Assembly (NCBI GenBank): GCA_964603155.1 | Contig: CAZRTZ010000003.1 | Span: forward strand, 85-64,084 | Direction: 5' to 3' | Length of the DNA stretch: 64,000 bases | DNA from: an uncultured Geobacteraceae bacterium | GTDB lineage: Bacteria > Desulfobacterota > Desulfuromonadia > Desulfuromonadales > BM103 | In this document: positions 29,527 to 40,049 of the stretch, piece by piece | Layout of the letters: each line of letters begins with the position of its first letter | Position numbering within the stretch: the first letter of the stretch is position 1 | The notes under the pieces: model-generated | Seen by the model: only the letters and a program-made list of their open reading frames with translations | Databases searched by the model: none | Told to the model about the DNA's origin: nothing | Made by a program: the position numbers and the translations under genes

Positions 29527-30377
29527 GCCAGAACCTCTCCGCCAACGCGGACCGATTCCGCCCCCCCACCCGGACCGTGCAACGTCCAGGAACGATTGTC
29601 GTAAAAGCGCCGGCACAGCTCCCCTGCAAGAGCCAGATCCTGACCCGTGGGACGGCTCTCATGCCAGGTGATGCCGAGTCCCGTGGAAAAGCTTTCTATC
29701 AGCATCTCCTCGACCTCATCGATCGACAGCGGCCGCGAGCTGAAGCGGTTCAGCCAGCCGACCCCATCCAGCCGCACAGATGTCTCATCCGGCTCAGCGG
29801 GCAGTATCCGCCCGAGCAAAGACAGGTCCAACTCCAGCGGAATCGAACCATGCTGCAAGAACGCGCCGCCACGCCGCTTCTGTGCACAACCCGCCACCTT
29901 GCACCCCTCGACCAGCAGTTCGTATTGCGCCGGGGCCACGAAGCAGACCGCTTTCCCCTGCTGACCATGCGCCTTGCCGGGCACCAGTTCCGCCGTCACC
30001 CCCAATTGCCGCAAGGCGGTCTGCAACACCGCGGCGATCACCTGGTAGTTGTGCGTCACCGACGACCCGAACGGCGGCGCACACGGCGTGATCACGGCAT
30101 AGGTCACCTCGCAGTCGTGGAGGACCGCACGCCCCCCCGTCGGCCGGCGCACCACATCCAGACCGGCTAGATGGCAGGCCGCCAGATCGACGCCGCCAGA
30201 CAGCTTCTGGGCATAGCCGATAGTCAACGTTGCCGGTTGCCAGCGATACAGCCGCAGAATCGGCGGTGATGCTCCATCCGCCACCGCTTGCAGCAAGGCA
30301 TCGTCCAGGGCCATGTTCATGGCCCCCGGCAGCGCTCCGGAGCGAATCAGTCTCCAGGGTCGCTCCTCGCTCCTCAC
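29523..30377 (-). CDS. Lipoate-protein ligase / octanoyltransferase family protein (BPL_LplA_LipB domain)
   Basis: 284 aa with a GTG start inside a heptamer repeat. LIRSGALPGAMNMALDDALL, RRPTGGRAVLHD, CFVAPAQYEL. Confidence 0.75.
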   Translation of the reverse strand: MRSEERPWRLIRSGALPGAMNMALDDALLQAVADGASPPILRLYRWQPATLTIGYAQKLSGGVDLAACHLAGLDVVRRPTGGRAVLHDCEVTYAVITPCAPPFGSSVTHNYQVIAAVLQTALRQLGVTAELVPGKAHGQQGKAVCFVAPAQYELLVEGCKVAGCAQKRRGGAFLQHGSIPLELDLSLLGRILPAEPDETSVRLDGVGWLNRFSSRPLSIDEVEEMLIESFSTGLGITWHESRPTGQDLALAGELCRRFYDNRSWTLHGPGGGAESVRVGGEVLA

Positions 30378-30392
30378 TCCTTGCTCCTCACC
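30361..30392 (-). repeat. Degenerate heptanucleotide repeat (GTGAGGA GCAAGGA GTGAGGA GCGAGGA) overlapping the LplA-like start
   Basis: Minus strand reads GGTGAGGAGCAAGGAGTGAGGAGCGAGGAGCG. Confidence 0.7.
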
Positions 30393-30394
30393 AT

Positions 30395-30420
30395 GAAAAA
30401 AGGCCGGTTTACCCGGCCCT
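30395..30420 (-). terminator. Terminator downstream of accC
   Basis: Minus strand reads GGGCCGG-GTAAA-CCGGCCT followed by TTTTTT. Confidence 0.45.
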
Positions 30421-30428
30421 ATTTCGTC

Positions 30429-31766
<1,338 letters not shown>

Positions 31767-31787
31767 GGATGTCTCCAGGTAGGCATC

Positions 31788-31850
31788 AGGTTGAGGTGGA
31801 GGTTGAGGTTGAGGTTAAGGCTTCTGAACCTTGACACTTAGCCTCAACCT
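31788..31850. repeat. GAGGTT hexamer tandem array plus a complementary distal arm between accB and accC
   Basis: aggttgaggtggaggttgaggttgaggttaagg (31788-31820), with cttagcctcaacct (31837-50) able to pair with aggttgagg. Confidence 0.65.
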
Positions 31851-31854
31851 GCTT

Positions 31855-32334
31855 TTACAGTCTTTCCACCTTGAACAGCGGCTCGCCGAATTCAACCGGA
31901 GCGGCGTCATTCTTGATGATTTCGATGATTTTGCACTTGAAATCGGCTTCGATCTCATTGAACAGCTTCATGGCCTCGACCAGGCACACCGTCTGCCCCT
32001 GCTCGACGACGCTGCCGACCTCGACGAAAGGCGGCGCCTCCGGGCTGGATTTGCGGTAGAAGGTCCCGACGATCGGCGAATTGATGGTTTCATATTTATC
32101 GCTGGCTGCCGCTGGAGTGGCCGCAGCAACGGGAGCCGCTGTCGCGGGAGCCGCCGCAGGCATCACCGGCATGGCCATCTGCGGAGCCATAGCCGCCGGA
32201 GCGGTCATATGGATGATCTGCCCGGCCGTACCACGCTTGATGACGATCTTCTCGTCGGCGTTTTCCATTTCAAATTCGGTGATATCGGTTTCCGTCACCA
32301 TTTTGATCAGAGTTTTGAGATCCTTGACGTCCAT
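31855..32334 (-). CDS. accB: Biotin carboxyl carrier protein
   Basis: 159 aa. Ala/Pro-rich linker and biotinylation motif VEAMKLFNEIE. Confidence 0.93.
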   Translation of the reverse strand: MDVKDLKTLIKMVTETDITEFEMENADEKIVIKRGTAGQIIHMTAPAAMAPQMAMPVMPAAAPATAAPVAAATPAAASDKYETINSPIVGTFYRKSSPEAPPFVEVGSVVEQGQTVCLVEAMKLFNEIEADFKCKIIEIIKNDAAPVEFGEPLFKVERL

Positions 32335-32389
32335 TAGCCTGCCTCCTTGAGTTGCGGCAGCCGCAAAAACGGCCCGCGCTATTTTGGTT

Positions 32390-33472
32390 TCAACCAGCCA
32401 GCAAATCCCGATACTGTTTGTCGATGCATGTCAGTACCCTGGCGCCGTCTTCCGTCACCAGGACCATATCTTCGATACGCACACCGCCCAGACCTGGGAG
32501 GTAAATTCCCGGCTCGACCGTCACGACCATGCCGGGAGCGGCTATCGCCTTGCTGCGTGCCGACACGGTCGGCGCTTCGTGCACGTCCAGACCGATACCA
32601 TGGCCGAGTCCGTGACCGAAGTAAGCGCCATAACCGGCGGCGGCGATGAAATCACGCGCCGCCCGGTCGATCTCCGCCAACGCCACCCCCGGACGGATGG
32701 CCGCAATGGCCAGGTCGTGGGCGGCAAGAACCGTATCATAGACCCGCCGCAATTCATCCGGCGGCGTGCCGAGAGCAACCGTCACGGTCTCGTCGGCGTG
32801 ATAGCCGGCAACGCGCGCTCCGAAATCGATGGTGACCAGCTCGCCAACTGCCAGTCGCCGGTCTCCGGCGACCCCATGGGGCAATGCCCCGCGCGGACCG
32901 GAGGCAACGATGAAATCGAAACTCTTCTCTTCGGCACCGAGACGCTTGAGAGCAAACTCCAGAGCCAGGGCCACATCGCGCTCGATGCTGCCCGGCCGGA
33001 TCAGCGTTTCGATCTCGGCGAGCGCCACGGCATGCAAACTTGCTGCCGCAACCATCGCCTCGATTTCCACGGAGTCCTTGACCGCCCGCAGGCCGTCGAA
33101 TGCGTCCTTGAGCGGAATCCAAGCCCACGAGGCATCGCCCCGCGTTCTCAGGTCGTCGACTTTACCATAAGCGAGCCCAGACTCGAAACCAATTCTTTGC
33201 CCCCCCAGTTCAAGCAGAGCAGCAACCACTCCCTCGCTCTGCACCCGGTATTCGACGACCTGATCGGCGCACACTTCAGCCCCGGCCTGGGTGGTATAGC
33301 GGGAATCGGTTAAAAAGCGGGCGCGCCCCGAACCGGTGACAACCAGAACACCATCGCTGCCGGTGAAGCCGCAGAAATAGCGGAGATTTTCCCGGGCAGT
33401 AAAAATCGCCGCATCGAGCTGGTGCTCCGCGAGGAGGACGCGAACCCGATGCTGCCGGTCAATAAATGGCAT
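32390..33472 (-). CDS. Xaa-Pro aminopeptidase (M24B family)
   Basis: 360 aa. Creatinase-like N-domain, HGLGHGIGLDVHE, VEPGIYLPG, RIEDMV. Confidence 0.85.
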   Translation of the reverse strand: MPFIDRQHRVRVLLAEHQLDAAIFTARENLRYFCGFTGSDGVLVVTGSGRARFLTDSRYTTQAGAEVCADQVVEYRVQSEGVVAALLELGGQRIGFESGLAYGKVDDLRTRGDASWAWIPLKDAFDGLRAVKDSVEIEAMVAAASLHAVALAEIETLIRPGSIERDVALALEFALKRLGAEEKSFDFIVASGPRGALPHGVAGDRRLAVGELVTIDFGARVAGYHADETVTVALGTPPDELRRVYDTVLAAHDLAIAAIRPGVALAEIDRAARDFIAAAGYGAYFGHGLGHGIGLDVHEAPTVSARSKAIAAPGMVVTVEPGIYLPGLGGVRIEDMVLVTEDGARVLTCIDKQYRDLLAG

Positions 33473-33483
33473 GTGACAGAGGA

Positions 33484-33921
33484 TCAGGCCTTGAGACGGT
33501 CAACCAGCCCGCGCAGGGCCAGCCCATAACCGGAAGCGCCGAAACCGGCCACCTGGGCCAGAACGACGGGGGAGATATGCGAACGGCGGCGGAAGGATTC
33601 GCGCGCGTGGATATTGGTCAGATGAACCTCGACGGCGGGGATGGCCACCGCCGCCAGCGCATCGCGCAGGGCGATGCTGGTGTGGGTGTAGGCACCCGGG
33701 TTGATGAGCAATCCGGCCACCCCCTGGCGGGCCGCCGCGTGAATGCGATCGATCAACGCCCCTTCATGGTTGGACTGGAACGATTCGACCTCTACGCCAA
33801 GTTCGGCGGCCAACTCTCCCAGCATCCTGTCGATATCCGCAAGCGTCGTCCGGCCGTAAACCTCCGGTTCGCGGCTGCCAAGCAGATTCAGATTGGGACC
33901 GTGCAGAACCAGGATCAACAT
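33484..33921 (-). CDS. aroQ: Type II 3-dehydroquinate dehydratase
   Basis: Start at [23 protein letters not shown] (145 aa). Confidence 0.92.
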   Translation of the reverse strand: MLILVLHGPNLNLLGSREPEVYGRTTLADIDRMLGELAAELGVEVESFQSNHEGALIDRIHAAARQGVAGLLINPGAYTHTSIALRDALAAVAIPAVEVHLTNIHARESFRRRSHISPVVLAQVAGFGASGYGLALRGLVDRLKA

Positions 33922-33922
33922 G

Positions 33923-34282
33923 TCAGGACAAAGCTGCGGCCAGTGCCGCGGCCTCACGTGTCAGCAGATACCGAGCCTTGCCGAAATTGCCGTCGCGGTG
34001 CAGGGTCATGGCCACAAAGTAGTCGGGGGTGATGATCCGCACCACGATGTGGAAGCGCGCTGTCTTGATCGATACTTCCTCCATTTCGCCGACGTTAAGT
34101 ATCTGCGCGGTCTTGCGGATTTCCTTGATGACATTGGCATACTCGACGGCGATCATGTTCAGGTCGAGCTGCTGATCATCACTGAAATACTGGTCGATGG
34201 CGATGCCGTCGTACCCCATAAGGACCGCACCGACACCGCCGCCGGTCTCATCGACAATCCGCTTCAAGATCTCACTGAACAT
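33923..34282 (-). CDS. Roadblock/LC7 (MglB-like) domain protein
   Basis: 119 aa. [28 protein letters not shown]...[18 protein letters not shown], with pattern and size typical of the Robl_LC7 fold. Confidence 0.65.
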   Translation of the reverse strand: MFSEILKRIVDETGGGVGAVLMGYDGIAIDQYFSDDQQLDLNMIAVEYANVIKEIRKTAQILNVGEMEEVSIKTARFHIVVRIITPDYFVAMTLHRDGNFGKARYLLTREAAALAAALS

Positions 34283-35105
34283 GCGCCCTCCTCAAGGCAA
34301 TCGCCTGCAACCAGCGTTCAAAAACAATACGGGGTTCGCGCGGCGGCGCAGCTTTTTCTTCGACGGCAACCGGTGTCTCAGCCGGAGGCGCCACAACCTC
34401 GGGCTCAGGAGCTGCGACCATTTGCCCTGCGAGTGATCCACGCAATTCGAGCAAACGGCTCATGACTCCGGCATTGCCGGGTTCAAGACGCTGAATCTCC
34501 TCGTAAACCCTGACGGCCTGCTCGATCAGCCCCTGCTTGACATAGATTTCAGCCAGCGTTGCCGTCGGAATCGGCGCACTGCCAGGCTCTTCGGAGACCT
34601 CCCCGGGAGCGACCGTGATCTCATCGGGAACAACGGCAACGACTTCTGCAACCGGCGCAGGCGCGGCAGCCGTCGCCCAGGGCTTTGGCAGATCGAGAGC
34701 CAGCAACATGTTGCCCAGCATTTCGTCCTGTGGATGGAACTCGATGGCCTGGGTGAGAATCCGGCGCGCCTGGTCGCGCTCACAGAGGATCAGGTGCAGA
34801 CGGGCAAGGCCAAGCAAAGCCGCCAGGCTCTGCCGGTCAATCGCCAGAGCCTGGTAATAGGCCGTCATCGCCTCGTCGAACTTCCCCATTTGGCAAAGGA
34901 CCCGACCGAGCGTGGCAAACCCCGGGGAGAAATTGGGGAGGGCCTGCGTCCCCAGCCGGGCCGCCGCAAGGGCATCATCCAGCAGACCGACCTGGCGAAA
35001 AGCTTCGGCAAGCGGCACGAACGCCGTTGAATGGGGATCCTTGTTGACGATCTGCAGATAGCAGTCGATCTTGCCGATGAGGCTGCTGCCGGTTTTGTTT
35101 TGCAC
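34272..35105 (-). CDS. Cytoplasmic TPR-repeat protein with Pro/Ala/Glu-rich linkers
   Basis: 277 aa. Several TPR-like units (ALAAARLGTQALPNFSPGFATLGRVLCQMGKFDEAMTAYYQALAID...) and no signal peptide. Confidence 0.7.
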   Translation of the reverse strand: MQNKTGSSLIGKIDCYLQIVNKDPHSTAFVPLAEAFRQVGLLDDALAAARLGTQALPNFSPGFATLGRVLCQMGKFDEAMTAYYQALAIDRQSLAALLGLARLHLILCERDQARRILTQAIEFHPQDEMLGNMLLALDLPKPWATAAAPAPVAEVVAVVPDEITVAPGEVSEEPGSAPIPTATLAEIYVKQGLIEQAVRVYEEIQRLEPGNAGVMSRLLELRGSLAGQMVAAPEPEVVAPPAETPVAVEEKAAPPREPRIVFERWLQAIALRRAHVQ

Positions 35106-35119
35106 CTTGTGGCTCCGCG

Positions 35120-36196
35120 TCAGGCGAAAAGATGACTCAGCAACTGTTCCGGCTTGTCGACCCGGTGCAAATCCGCCGAACCGATGCCATGGTTGAGAAC
35201 CAGGCGGATGGCGCCATCCTTGACCTTCTTGTCATGGCGCATGACCGCGAGATATTCCTCGGGGCTGAACGCCGGTGGCGTCACCGGCAACGCGAGGCAT
35301 TCCAACAGAGCAAGCAGGCGGGCGACATCGTCTTTGCCGCACAAGCCGAGCCGTTCCGAAGCCCGGGCCGCCAGAACCATGCCGATAGCCACCGCCTCGC
35401 CATGCCTGATCACACCGTACCCCGCCAGTGTTTCCACCGCATGGCCGAAGGTATGACCGTAGTTCAGAATTGCGCGTAATCCCTGCTCATTTTCGTCACT
35501 TTCTACAACATTTGCCTTTATTTGGCAAGAGACCATGACCGCATGCTGCAGGGCCTCCACATCGCGCTCGGCCAAAGCCGTGCTGTTATTCTCCAGCCAG
35601 GCGAAGAAACCGGCATCGTGAATCACCCCGTATTTGACCACCTCGGCCAACCCGGCCACGTACTCGCGTGAAGGCAGGGTCTTCAGGGTATCGACGTCGA
35701 TATGCACGTACCGGGGCTGATAGAAGGCACCGATGAGGTTCTTCCCCAAAGGATGATTGACGCCGGTCTTGCCCCCGACCGAGCTGTCCACCTGAGCAAG
35801 CAGAGTGGTCGGCACCTGGGCGAAGGGGATGCCGCGCAGGAAAGTGGCCGCGGCAAAGCCGGTCAGATCGCCGATCACCCCGCCGCCCAGCGCCAGCAAA
35901 CCGCAGTGGCGGTCAAAATTCCATTCGATGAAGGCATCGTACAGGCTCTCGAGAGTGGTCAGCGTCTTGTACTGCTCCCCGTCCGGGACCTGCACCACGC
36001 TGACCTGTCTCCCCTCGCTGACGAGGGCGTCAACCAGAACTTCACCGTACAATTCACCAACGGTTGGATTGGTGACGATGCCGACGCGCCGCGGGAAGCC
36101 GACGCCATCCAGCGCCGCGCCAATCTGGCTGAAAATTCCTGTGCCGACCACAATCGGGTAGCTGCGCTCTCCCAGGGAGACATTTACGACGGGCAT
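35120..36196 (-). CDS. aroB: 3-dehydroquinate synthase
   Basis: 358 aa. GGGVIGDLTGFAAATFLRGIPFAQVPTTLLAQVDSSVGGKTG. Confidence 0.95.
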   Translation of the reverse strand: MPVVNVSLGERSYPIVVGTGIFSQIGAALDGVGFPRRVGIVTNPTVGELYGEVLVDALVSEGRQVSVVQVPDGEQYKTLTTLESLYDAFIEWNFDRHCGLLALGGGVIGDLTGFAAATFLRGIPFAQVPTTLLAQVDSSVGGKTGVNHPLGKNLIGAFYQPRYVHIDVDTLKTLPSREYVAGLAEVVKYGVIHDAGFFAWLENNSTALAERDVEALQHAVMVSCQIKANVVESDENEQGLRAILNYGHTFGHAVETLAGYGVIRHGEAVAIGMVLAARASERLGLCGKDDVARLLALLECLALPVTPPAFSPEEYLAVMRHDKKVKDGAIRLVLNHGIGSADLHRVDKPEQLLSHLFA

Positions 36197-36726
36197 TGCT
36201 TGACTTCCTCCATCCCCAGACGATTGATGATTTCCCGCACCACGCCGTTGACACTTAATCTGTCCGCGTCAACCACCAGATCCGCCTCTTCATACCAGGG
36301 GAGTCGACTTTGCCACAACTGCCGGACCGGTGCCAGCCCCTGCCCGGGATCGGCCAACGGCCGGCCGCTGCTGCGCGCAAGGCGGCGCTCGAGCGTCGAC
36401 CAGGATACGCGCAGATAAACGACGATCCCCAACTCTTTCATCAGCGCACGATTTTTCTCACGCCCGACGATTCCACCTCCGGTGGCAAAGACGGTGGAAA
36501 CACGGTCAGCCTGCTCGGCGAGCACCGCACTTTCGCAGTCGCGAAAAAAGGGTTCGCCATCTTCGGCGAAAATCTGCGGGATCGATCGCCCCTCACGCTC
36601 GACCAGCAGTTGGTCAAGATCGGCAAAGCCGAAACCGAGACGCTGTGCCAGCCGCCGGCCGACCGTGCTCTTTCCGGAGCCCATGAAGCCGATCAAAAAG
36701 ATATTGCGCGAACTGCTGTTCATCAC
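36184..36726 (-). CDS. aroK: Shikimate kinase
   Basis: 180 aa. IFLIGFMGSGKSTVGRRLA. Confidence 0.93.
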   Translation of the reverse strand: MMNSSSRNIFLIGFMGSGKSTVGRRLAQRLGFGFADLDQLLVEREGRSIPQIFAEDGEPFFRDCESAVLAEQADRVSTVFATGGGIVGREKNRALMKELGIVVYLRVSWSTLERRLARSSGRPLADPGQGLAPVRQLWQSRLPWYEEADLVVDADRLSVNGVVREIINRLGMEEVKQCPS

Positions 36727-36753
36727 CGTTGCCTCTACCCTGCTGCAGATATA

Positions 36754-36785
36754 AGAAAGGGACAGGTGTAAACCTGTCCCTTTCT
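36754..36785 (-). terminator. Strong stem-loop between pilQ and aroK
   Basis: 14-bp stem AGAAAGGGACAGGT/ACCTGTCCCTTTCT with a 4-nt loop. Weak U-run, so read-through into aroK is likely. Confidence 0.4.
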
Positions 36786-36809
36786 GCTTTCAAGAACAAA
36801 CCTTCGGGA

Positions 36810-39521
36810 TCAGGCTTCGATGATCCGCGGGGTGATGAAAATCAGAATCTCCTTGCGCGATGCAGATTTCGACTCAGACTTGAAGAAGTAGCCGAGGAAA
36901 GGGATATCCTTCAACAAAGGCACCCCTGCATCACCCTTTCTTTCATCTTCCACGAAAATCCCGCCGATGACCGTGGTGCTCCCGTCACGCACGATGACCT
37001 TGGTTTCCGCCTTGCGATCGTTGATGCTAAGTGCCTGACCAGTAGCAGTCGGGACGACATCCCCAACCGAGCTATTAGAGGCTTTGACATCGAGGATAAT
37101 GCTGCCGTCCGGATTGATTTCAGGCGTGACTTCCAGTTTCAACTCGGCGCTTTCAAACTTGGTGTCCGTACCCTGATCACTGGTTGTGGTGTAAGGAATC
37201 TTGGTACCCTGGGAGATCAGCGCCTTCTGCCCGTTCAGGGTGGTGACGCGCGGCGTCGAGATGATCTTCCCTTCCCCTTGGGACTCCAGAGCGGAGAGGC
37301 GTACCGCCAGATTCGCCTTGCCATCCAAAAGACCGAACAGAAGACCGACTGTACCCCCTGCACTCGACCCTGGTGTACCGGGGCTCGGCGGCGTGATGAG
37401 GAACGACCCGCCGAGACCGATGGCGGCGTTTTCCAGGTCGTCACCATTCGGCGTATCCGCATAGGTGAAGCCCCAGCGCACGCCGAGATCGCGGGCGAAG
37501 TTGGTATTGACCTCGACGATGCGAGCCTCGATCAGCACCTGACGCTCAGGACGGTCGATGGTCTTGATCATGGCCACCATCTGCTCGAGAACCACAGGAG
37601 AGTCCATGATAATCAACTGCTTATTGCGGGTGTCCGGAGTGATGGTGCCACGCTTGCTCTTAATTGCCTCCAGATTCTTGACAACATCAGCGACACTGGC
37701 ATAGCTGACTTCGAACACCCGTGTCTCCAGAGCGCCCTCATCAACATTTTCTTTGGCTGCCTGCATGATTGCCAGTTGGCGCTCGCGCAACTTCTTCGAC
37801 GGCATGATACGGACGACGTTGCCGTCCTGAAGCTTGCCAAGGTCGGCCGTCTCCAGCACCAGGTCGAGAGCCTGATCCCAGGGGACATCGATCAAACGCA
37901 GGGTGATCGTCCCCTTGACATCGTTGCTGGCCAGAATGTTGAGTCCGCTGACGTCGCCGATCAACTGCAGGATGTTGCGGATATCGGCGTCATCGAAAAC
38001 CAGCGAAATTTTCTGTCCGGTATAAGCCGGTTTTTCCAGGGCGGCTTCGGGCAACTTGCCCGGCACGAACTCGCCTGCAGCCGGAACAGCACCTTTGGGC
38101 TGATCAACCACGAGTTCCTTGGTCTCCACCACCGGCGGAAGCGCCTCGGCAAAGGTGCCATCCTCGACGATCAGCTTGACGGTTTCCCCCTGGTCATCGA
38201 GCCGGTAGGCCACGGGTCCTTTCAGTTCGACGGCAAAACGCACGCCCTGCTTGCCCTTTTCGGTGAAGACATAGGGGGTCACCGTCGAAACCGCGCTCGG
38301 GAAACCGGAAGCGTCGATGGTCCGGCGCAGGGTCCGGCTGATGGTGGCATTCTTGACCTCAAAGCGCAGCTTGTTGCCGTCAATTTTCGGCGCTGAGACG
38401 TTCGCCGGCGCCGAGAGCCCGAGAACCACGGTGCTCAGTCCCTCCTGATTGGTAAAGTCGAAGCGCTCGATGGTCACCTGATTGGCCGAAACCGGCCCTT
38501 TCTTTTTCACGACGGGCACATCCGCTTTCGTTGCAGTTTCGCTGGCGGCAACAGCAGCAGGCGCAGCTATAGCGGCGGGAGTCGATGAAAGCCCTTTGCC
38601 CCAGGCCACGGCCACGCCATTGACCTGCTTATCCACCTTGAAGTCGGGGACTTTCGGGCCATCGGCGTCGAACACCCCGCGCACCTTGTCGGCATAGAAG
38701 CCGATCCGTACCTGCTTGATGCCATCCGCTGCATTGAAGGTCCTGGTTTTAAATGCCGGCGTCACACCGTAAAGATCGACCACCAGGCGCGGCGGGTTGG
38801 CAAGGACGAAATGCTCCAGGCGATTAACATCGCCATCGGTTGCGAATACGGCGCGTCCCGGGGAGATGTCGACACGATTGACAACGGTGGCGGCCTTGAC
38901 GGCTTGAGGCGCTGCCACCTGAGCCTGGGCGTGAGCCTGCTCCTTTATATGCCCGGCCTGGGCCTGGGCATGCTGCGCGTGTGCCTGGGCCTGGGCGTGA
39001 GCGAGAGGATCGACCTGCGGCGCCGGGCTGGCTGCAGCCGCTGTGGCGACCGGAGCGGCAGCCATCTCCTTGACGGCCTTGATCCCCGGAAAGATCAGGC
39101 GGAAGGTGGTTCCGTCCATAGCGACCTGGTAGTCGGCCGCTGCGGCCAGCACCATTTCAACCCGCGCCATCGGTCCAGCCGCAAGGTCATACTTGGCGAG
39201 CCGGACATTCTGCAGCGGCGCCGGGCCGACGGCGAGTTCCGCAGGCAACTGGCCGAAGGAGGTGCCGGGGAAGTCGATCACCACGCGCACCGGATCGAAG
39301 GAGTCGTAGACCGTGTAGCGATAGCCGACCGGCTCGCTGGTCTGAATCAGCAGCGTCGGTGCCGCCGCCCCCTCTTCCATCTTGACGGAGACGATCTGGT
39401 TGGCGGCCCATACGCTGCCAACGCACACCAGCATGGCGATGGACAGCATGATGGCAACCCGTCCCGCGAGGGAGTTTCCAATGCCCTGGAATTTTTTATT
39501 CATCGCGCTCACCCCACTCAT
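36810..39521 (-). CDS. pilQ: Type IV pilus secretin PilQ (three AMIN-like N-terminal modules)
   Basis: 903 aa. AMIN-like segments, secretin C-terminus (ISTPRVTTLNGQKALISQGTKIPY...VPLLKDIPFLGYFF), His/Ala/Gln-rich linker at aa 172-203. Confidence 0.93.
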   Translation of the reverse strand: MSGVSAMNKKFQGIGNSLAGRVAIMLSIAMLVCVGSVWAANQIVSVKMEEGAAAPTLLIQTSEPVGYRYTVYDSFDPVRVVIDFPGTSFGQLPAELAVGPAPLQNVRLAKYDLAAGPMARVEMVLAAAADYQVAMDGTTFRLIFPGIKAVKEMAAAPVATAAAASPAPQVDPLAHAQAQAHAQHAQAQAGHIKEQAHAQAQVAAPQAVKAATVVNRVDISPGRAVFATDGDVNRLEHFVLANPPRLVVDLYGVTPAFKTRTFNAADGIKQVRIGFYADKVRGVFDADGPKVPDFKVDKQVNGVAVAWGKGLSSTPAAIAAPAAVAASETATKADVPVVKKKGPVSANQVTIERFDFTNQEGLSTVVLGLSAPANVSAPKIDGNKLRFEVKNATISRTLRRTIDASGFPSAVSTVTPYVFTEKGKQGVRFAVELKGPVAYRLDDQGETVKLIVEDGTFAEALPPVVETKELVVDQPKGAVPAAGEFVPGKLPEAALEKPAYTGQKISLVFDDADIRNILQLIGDVSGLNILASNDVKGTITLRLIDVPWDQALDLVLETADLGKLQDGNVVRIMPSKKLRERQLAIMQAAKENVDEGALETRVFEVSYASVADVVKNLEAIKSKRGTITPDTRNKQLIIMDSPVVLEQMVAMIKTIDRPERQVLIEARIVEVNTNFARDLGVRWGFTYADTPNGDDLENAAIGLGGSFLITPPSPGTPGSSAGGTVGLLFGLLDGKANLAVRLSALESQGEGKIISTPRVTTLNGQKALISQGTKIPYTTTSDQGTDTKFESAELKLEVTPEINPDGSIILDVKASNSSVGDVVPTATGQALSINDRKAETKVIVRDGSTTVIGGIFVEDERKGDAGVPLLKDIPFLGYFFKSESKSASRKEILIFITPRIIEA

Positions 39522-39524
39522 TGA

Positions 39525-40037
39525 TCAGACTCCTTCCCTCACGGGGACTTTCAACTCCTGCATATTTTTACGAGTCTTACCGGTAATGTCTTGATATTGC
39601 TCTTCGACCAGAATCCGTTCGCGACTGATCTCCTTGATCACACCGTTGGCCTTGCCAAGACGCATGCCGGTTTTGAGAATGTAGGCTCGGCCATCAGGCG
39701 CGGTAATCATCGCTTTGGTCTCGCCCATACCGATGATGACCGCCTTGACCATAAATTGCGGCAGATCGAACGCTTCCAGCGGATTTTCGAAGGTCTTCAC
39801 CGTAGCCTTGGTTGCAATGAGCGGGACAAACGGATCACGGCGACCTTCGATCTGGTAAACGAACCTGACCTCGGCCGGTACAGTCTCTGCTGCTGGTGCA
39901 GGTGGCTTGACTGCCGCGGCGGGCGGTTTGGCGACAGCCTGAGTCGCCGGCTGGGCCGGGGTCTCTTCCTTTTGACATCCGGCCAGAAAACCCAAGCCGG
40001 CGCAAATCGCAACTGCCATAATAAATTGCGGTTTCAT
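39525..40037 (-). CDS. pilP: Type IV pilus assembly lipoprotein PilP
   Basis: 170 aa. Lipobox FLAGC, Pro/Ala linker, PilP beta-domain; position between pilO and pilQ. Confidence 0.85.
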   Translation of the reverse strand: MKPQFIMAVAICAGLGFLAGCQKEETPAQPATQAVAKPPAAAVKPPAPAAETVPAEVRFVYQIEGRRDPFVPLIATKATVKTFENPLEAFDLPQFMVKAVIIGMGETKAMITAPDGRAYILKTGMRLGKANGVIKEISRERILVEEQYQDITGKTRKNMQELKVPVREGV

Positions 40038-40049
40038 ACGCAGGACACC

